DNA of 64,000 bases, taken from the NCBI GenBank assembly GCA_045805825.1, contig JBJMKM010000099.1, positions 882 to 64,881 on the forward strand, in the 5' to 3' direction. The position numbers were made by a program, and so were the translations under genes. The notes beneath the pieces were generated by a model, which saw only the letters and a program-made list of their open reading frames with translations, was not told where the DNA came from and ran no database searches. This document shows, one piece after another, positions 59,688 to 64,000 of this stretch (the stretch's first letter is position 1; every line of letters starts with the position of its first letter). Source of the DNA: Solirubrobacterales bacterium. GTDB lineage: Bacteria > Actinomycetota > Thermoleophilia > Solirubrobacterales > 70-9.

Positions 59688-62047
59688 TCACTCATCCCCT
59701 GTACGACCTCGACCCGTGGTCGATCCGGGAGACCCATCTGGATCTCGACCGCCTGGCGCAGTCGGAGTCGATCTTCGCGCTCTCGAACGGGCACATCGGC
59801 CTGCGCGGCAACCTCGATGAGGGCGAGCCGCACGGGCTGCCCGGCACCTACCTGAACGGCGTCCACGAGATCCGGCCCCTCCCCTACGCCGAGGCCGGCT
59901 ACGGCTTTCCGGAGTCCGGCCAGACGGTCCTGAACGTCACCAACGGCAAGATCATGCGCCTCCTGGTCGACGACGAGCCCTTCGACGTCCGCTACGGACA
60001 GCTGAAGAGCCACGAGCGAGTTCTCGATTTGCGGGCGGGCGTGCTGCGGCGGACAGCGGACTGGGTGTCGCCGGCCAGCACCAGGGTTCGCGTGACGTCG
60101 ACGCGGCTGGTGTCGTTGGTGCAGCGCGCGGTGGCGGCGATCGAGTATCGGGTCGAACCGGTGGACGGGCCGCTGCGGGTCGTGGTCCAATCGGAGCTCG
60201 TCGCAAACGAGCCGCTTCCAGCCGAGTCCGAGTCGGACGACCCTCGGGCGGCGGCGGCACTGCGCAACCCGCTGGAAGGTCAAACCTGGATCGCACACGG
60301 TCTGGATTCGGTGCTCGTCCACAAGACCCGGGTGAGCGGTCTGCTGCTGGCGACGGGGATGACCCACGAGGTCGACGGGCCGCCGGGCACCGACACGAGC
60401 TCCGAGGCCAACGAGGACGAGGCGCGGGTGACGGTGGCGGCCGACCTGCAGCCGGGGGAGCATCTTCGCATCGTCAAGCACATCGCCTACGGCTGGTCGG
60501 CAAGGCGCTCGCTGCCGGCGGTGCGCGACCAGGTTCGAGCGGCGTGTATCGAGGCCCTCCATACCGGCTGGGACGGCCTCGTGCAGGGCCAGCAGGAGTA
60601 CCTGGACGGCTACTGGAACCGCGCGGATGTGGAGATCGATGGCGATGCGGAGCTCCAGGTGGCGGTGCGCTTCTCGATGTTCCACTGCCTGCAGGCGGCG
60701 GCGCGCGCCGAGCAGCGCGCGATTCCGGCGAAGGGACTGACGGGCCCCGGCTACGACGGTCACACGTTCTGGGACACCGAGACCTACGTCCTTCCGGTCC
60801 TCACCTACACCGTCCCCGAGACGGTTCGCGACGCCCTGAACTGGCGCCACTCAACGCTCGCGCTCGCGCGCGACCGCGCGAAGGTGCTGGGCCTGCGAGG
60901 GGCCACCTTCCCGTGGCGAACGATCGACGGGCAGGAGTGCTCGGCGTACTGGCCGGCCGGCACGGCGGCGTTCCACATCAACGCGGACGTCGCCGACGCG
61001 GTGGTCCGCTACCTGAACGCTGTCGACGACGAGCCGTTCGAGCGCAGCTGCGGCCTGGAGATCCTGGTCGAGACGGCGCGCCTTTGGCGCTCGCTCGGCC
61101 ACCACGACAAGGACGGAGGCTTCCGCGTCGACGGCGTTACCGGCCCCGACGAGTACAGCGCGATCGCCGACAACAACGTCTACACGAACCTCATGGCGCA
61201 GCGAAACCTCCGTGCGGCCGCCGACGCGGCCATCCGCCAGCCCGACCTCGCGAGGGAGCTCGAGGTCGACACCGAGGAAGCGGCCTCCTGGCGCGACGCC
61301 GCGAACGACATGGTCATCCCCTACGACACCACGATGGGCGTCCACTGCCAGTCCGAGGGATTCACGCGCCATCAGCGCTGGGACTTCGAGCACACCCCAG
61401 CTGATGACTATCCGCTGCTCCTCCACTACCCCTACTTCAACCTGTACCGGAAACAGGTGGTCAAACAGGCCGACCTCGTGATGGCGATGTTCCTGCGCGG
61501 CGACGCCTTCACCGACGAGGAAAAGCTCCGCAACTTCGACTACTACGAGCGCCTCACCGTCCGCGACTCATCCCTGTCAGCCTGCACCCAGGCGGTCATG
61601 GCCGCCGAGGTGGGCCACATGGACCTCGCCTACGCCTACTTCGGCGAGGCGGCCCTGATCGACCTGGACGACCTCCAGCACAACACGCGGGACGGCCTCC
61701 ACACCGCCTCGCTCGCGGGAAGCTGGATCGCCGCCGTCAACGGCTTCGGCGGCATGCGCGACCACGACGGCCACCTCTCGTTCAAGCCGCGCCTGCCCTC
61801 CGAGCTCACCCGCCTCACCTTCGGTCTCTCGTTCCGGGACCGGTGCCTCCGCGTGGAAGTGACCCCGCATCAAGCCACCTACCGGCTGACTCGCGGCGAG
61901 TCCTTGGAGATCACGCACTACGGCGAGGATCTGACTGTCGCAGGCGAGAAGCCCGTGAATAAGCCCATCCCCCACCTTCCGCCGCGCGAGGCGCCGAGCC
62001 AACCGCCGGGCCGCGAGCCGGGCAGAGCCAGGCCTCGCAGTTCATAG
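59684..62047 (+). CDS. Glycoside hydrolase family 65 disaccharide phosphorylase (trehalose/maltose/kojibiose type)
   Basis: ATG 59684. W.I.E........L...ES.FALSNGHIG.RG..DEG, ...GLTG.GY.GH.FWDTE..., ...DL.MAMF: GH65 N-, catalytic and C-domains. Classic pairing with pgmB. Confidence 0.85.
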   Translation: MITHPLYDLDPWSIRETHLDLDRLAQSESIFALSNGHIGLRGNLDEGEPHGLPGTYLNGVHEIRPLPYAEAGYGFPESGQTVLNVTNGKIMRLLVDDEPFDVRYGQLKSHERVLDLRAGVLRRTADWVSPASTRVRVTSTRLVSLVQRAVAAIEYRVEPVDGPLRVVVQSELVANEPLPAESESDDPRAAAALRNPLEGQTWIAHGLDSVLVHKTRVSGLLLATGMTHEVDGPPGTDTSSEANEDEARVTVAADLQPGEHLRIVKHIAYGWSARRSLPAVRDQVRAACIEALHTGWDGLVQGQQEYLDGYWNRADVEIDGDAELQVAVRFSMFHCLQAAARAEQRAIPAKGLTGPGYDGHTFWDTETYVLPVLTYTVPETVRDALNWRHSTLALARDRAKVLGLRGATFPWRTIDGQECSAYWPAGTAAFHINADVADAVVRYLNAVDDEPFERSCGLEILVETARLWRSLGHHDKDGGFRVDGVTGPDEYSAIADNNVYTNLMAQRNLRAAADAAIRQPDLARELEVDTEEAASWRDAANDMVIPYDTTMGVHCQSEGFTRHQRWDFEHTPADDYPLLLHYPYFNLYRKQVVKQADLVMAMFLRGDAFTDEEKLRNFDYYERLTVRDSSLSACTQAVMAAEVGHMDLAYAYFGEAALIDLDDLQHNTRDGLHTASLAGSWIAAVNGFGGMRDHDGHLSFKPRLPSELTRLTFGLSFRDRCLRVEVTPHQATYRLTRGESLEITHYGEDLTVAGEKPVNKPIPHLPPREAPSQPPGREPGRARPRSS

Positions 62048-62060
62048 CCTGGCGCCTGGC

Positions 62061-63473
62061 TCAGCGACCCGTCGTAAGCGTCCACGGCTCGGCGCCGTGC
62101 GCGACGTCCCGCGCGCTCAGGAAGAGCGTGCCCCCGACGCCGGTGAGGGTCTTCGGGAACCCGCCCTCGGGTCCGGGGAAGAACTCCTTGACGAGCTTGG
62201 TTCCGGCCTTCGTACCGTTGCTTCGCCACAGCTCCGCGTCGTTGCCGCTACGGCCGCGAGCCTGGAAGTAAAGCTTGTCGTCGAAGCTCGCGAACTCGCC
62301 AGGCGATGAGTCGTCGGGCCCCGGGGCGATGTCGCGGACGAGCTTCGTCCCGGCAATCGTGCCATCGGTCCGCCACAGCTCGAACCCGTGGTCCCCTGCG
62401 CCGTGGCCGTCGTAGGCCTCGAAGTACGCGACGCCCTTCACGGTGGCCCAGCCGATCGGAACGGAGTCGCCGGCGGGGTTGATGTCGCCGATCAGGTCGG
62501 CCCGCGTGCCATCGCTCGCCCAGAGCTCTTCGCCGTTGGTGCCGTCGTCGGCCGAGAACACGACCTGGTCGCCCGCCCTGCCGAACCCGTAGAAGAAGAA
62601 GCTGTCGAATGGACCCTGCGAGCCCTCTGCGGGCAGTGGGTTGATGTCGTCGACCAAGTCCGTTCCGCCCTTTGTCCCGTCGCTGCGCCACAGCTCATAG
62701 CCGTGGGTGACGTCGTCGGCGTAGAACAGGATCTGGCCTGACAGCACCCTGAGCTCGGCCGGGTTGGAGCCCGTTGCCCCGGCCGCGATGTTGCGCACGA
62801 GCTTGGTGCCCGACCTCGTGCCATTGCTGCGCCACAGCTCGAAGCCGTGGGTGGCGTCGCGGGCGGCGAAGACGATCTTTCTGCCAAGCTGGACCCCCCT
62901 GTCCGGGAATGAGTCGGACGCCCCCGGCGCGATGTCGCGAACGAGCTTCGTACCGCGGCGCGTGCCGTCGGTCTTCCAAAGCTCCACCCCGTGGGTACCG
63001 TCGTCCGCTCCCAGGTAGAGCGTGCCGCGCGACTTCGCGACCACGTATGGATCGGCGGCACCGGGGCCGAGGTTGCGGACCATCCGGGTGCCGCGCCGCG
63101 TGCCGTCGCTTCGCCACAGCTCGTATCCGTGCTGGCCGTCATCGGCCGCGAAGAGGAGGACACCGTTCAGGTTCCTGAGGTCGTAGCTCTCGGAGCCGCC
63201 CGGGCCCGGCTTGATGTTGCGCACGAGTTGCGTTCCATTCCGGGTGCCATTGGTTCGCCACAGCTCGTAGCCGTGCTTGCCGTCGTCGGCGCTGAAGAAG
63301 ACGAAGCGGCCCGCCCTCGCGAACTCGTCCACCCCGCCGTTGATGTCCTGGTCCTCAGCCCCCGGATTGATGTCCTTCAGCAGCCTCGGCGACGGCGCTG
63401 CGAACGCCGGCGCGACGGCGAACGACAGCACCGCAAGGGCAATGGCCCCGACCCATCCCAACCGCTTGAACAT
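62061..63473 (-). CDS. Secreted ELWxxDGT repeat protein
   Basis: ATG 63473. Signal MFKRLGWVGAIALAVLSFAVAPAFA. Eight to nine units of HG(Y/F)ELW(R/K)(S/T)(D/N)GT..GT.LV.(D/N)I.PG. Confidence 0.8.
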   Translation of the reverse strand: MFKRLGWVGAIALAVLSFAVAPAFAAPSPRLLKDINPGAEDQDINGGVDEFARAGRFVFFSADDGKHGYELWRTNGTRNGTQLVRNIKPGPGGSESYDLRNLNGVLLFAADDGQHGYELWRSDGTRRGTRMVRNLGPGAADPYVVAKSRGTLYLGADDGTHGVELWKTDGTRRGTKLVRDIAPGASDSFPDRGVQLGRKIVFAARDATHGFELWRSNGTRSGTKLVRNIAAGATGSNPAELRVLSGQILFYADDVTHGYELWRSDGTKGGTDLVDDINPLPAEGSQGPFDSFFFYGFGRAGDQVVFSADDGTNGEELWASDGTRADLIGDINPAGDSVPIGWATVKGVAYFEAYDGHGAGDHGFELWRTDGTIAGTKLVRDIAPGPDDSSPGEFASFDDKLYFQARGRSGNDAELWRSNGTKAGTKLVKEFFPGPEGGFPKTLTGVGGTLFLSARDVAHGAEPWTLTTGR

Positions 63474-63516
63474 CTTCGACCCCCCCGTCCTTGGACTCAC
63501 ATCCCACCCTACCGCC

Positions 63517-64000
63517 TCAGGGCACCCTCGGCATGGTGTTTTTAGGCGCGCGTTGTAGGGCCGGCAGGCGCAGACGGAGCAGTTCCTCGAACGAGTCCGC
63601 GGCCGCCGCCACTCCCCCGGTGGCGCGGTAGGCGTCGGCGACCCGACTTGCTCCCTCCGCGCGTCCCATCGCCTCCTTCACTGCGTTGCGAAGCCGCCCC
63701 GGATTGAGCCGCTTCGCCGGAAGCCGGCTCCCGGCCCCGGCAACCTCCACCCGACGCGCGACCTCGAGCTGGTCGCGCCCGAACGGAACGACGCACACCG
63801 GGACCCCGCGCGCGAGCGCCTTTTGCGTCGCGCCCATGCCGCCGTGGGTGATCGCGCAGGCCGCGCGATCGAGGATCGCGGCGTGAGGCACGAACGGCAG
63901 GACGTGCGAGTTCGGCGTCGGCTCGATGGCGCTCGTGTCCGCCGATGGAAGCGTCGCGACGACGTGCACCGGCTCGCCCGCGAGCGCGTCAAGCGCGACG
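63517..64000 (-). CDS. GT1 family (MGT/UDP-glycosyltransferase-like) glycosyltransferase, C-terminal part; 5' end outside the window
   Basis: ...LPFVPHAAILDRAACAITHGGMGATQKALARGVPVCVVPFGRDQLEVARRVEVAGAG is the GT1 nucleotide-sugar binding (PSPG-like) motif. The reading frame is open to the window edge. Confidence 0.7.
   Translation of the reverse strand, partial: VALDALAGEPVHVVATLPSADTSAIEPTPNSHVLPFVPHAAILDRAACAITHGGMGATQKALARGVPVCVVPFGRDQLEVARRVEVAGAGSRLPAKRLNPGRLRNAVKEAMGRAEGASRVADAYRATGGVAAAADSFEELLRLRLPALQRAPKNTMPRVP

Noticed and set aside
1-64000. Scanned for CRISPR-like regularly spaced repeats, IS-type terminal inverted repeats with transposases, rRNA, reverse transcriptases (retron, DGR, group II intron) and phage structural genes.
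   Set aside because: None were seen. The only repeats are the intergenic family at 13.3-15.6 kb, the 47-nt pair around the DUF559 gene, the tRNA relic, and protein-level repeats (FG-GAP, ELWxxDGT, Asp-box, beta-helix).

Overview
High-GC segment (my hand counts give about 68-70% GC) that looks like Actinomycetota chromosome. The ELWxxDGT, choice-of-anchor-Q, FG-GAP and F420-linked genes suggest a soil actinobacterium, possibly Thermoleophilia-like, but this cannot be proven from the window. All product calls come from motifs I recognised by eye in the translations; no search was run.

Content: about 60 tightly packed protein genes on both strands, one intact initiator tRNA-Met, and one decayed tRNA-Met-like relic. 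I found no rRNA, CRISPR array, transposase, integrase, phage or conjugation genes.

Gene blocks in order:
- glnK-amtB, at the window edge
- a run of small redox and stress genes: DUF899, M20 peptidase, PolX, cNMP-binding TrxR-like flavoprotein, SnoaL/NTF2 paralogs, CsbD-like, GST, VOC
- a lysine/aminoadipate-type cluster (DAO oxidase, ALDH7-like dehydrogenase, fused TPP E1, saccharopine-DH-like, DapL-like aminotransferase) lying between the tRNA relic and the intact tRNA-fMet
- Ppx/GppA, a Tat-exported flavin amine oxidase, a NERD plus 2-TM pair, and a CDF transporter
- an FG-GAP / P450 / secreted-protein string
- NYN plus a zinc-ribbon/cyclase/STAND/TPR giant
- a lower-GC animal-type heme peroxidase operon divergent from secreted neutral ceramidase and a BNR/sialidase-like protein
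- MarR-MFS and TetR-controlled modules
- a DUF559 gene, pgmB-GH65 phosphorylase, an ELWxxDGT repeat protein, and a partial GT1

Most worth a second look:
1. The DUF559 endonuclease-like gene is exactly bracketed by 47-nt direct repeats whose spacing equals the ORF length.
2. A tRNA-Met relic and the intact tRNA-fMet, same orientation and each with its own terminator hairpin, flank 7.7 kb of lysine-related genes.
3. A modular hairpin-containing intergenic repeat family occurs at 13.3, 14.8 and 15.5 kb.
4. The peroxidase / small protein / ceramidase / BNR cluster.
5. Two candidate two-gene modules: NERD + 2-TM protein, and NYN + cyclase-STAND.

None of these can be called a proven new system from sequence alone.
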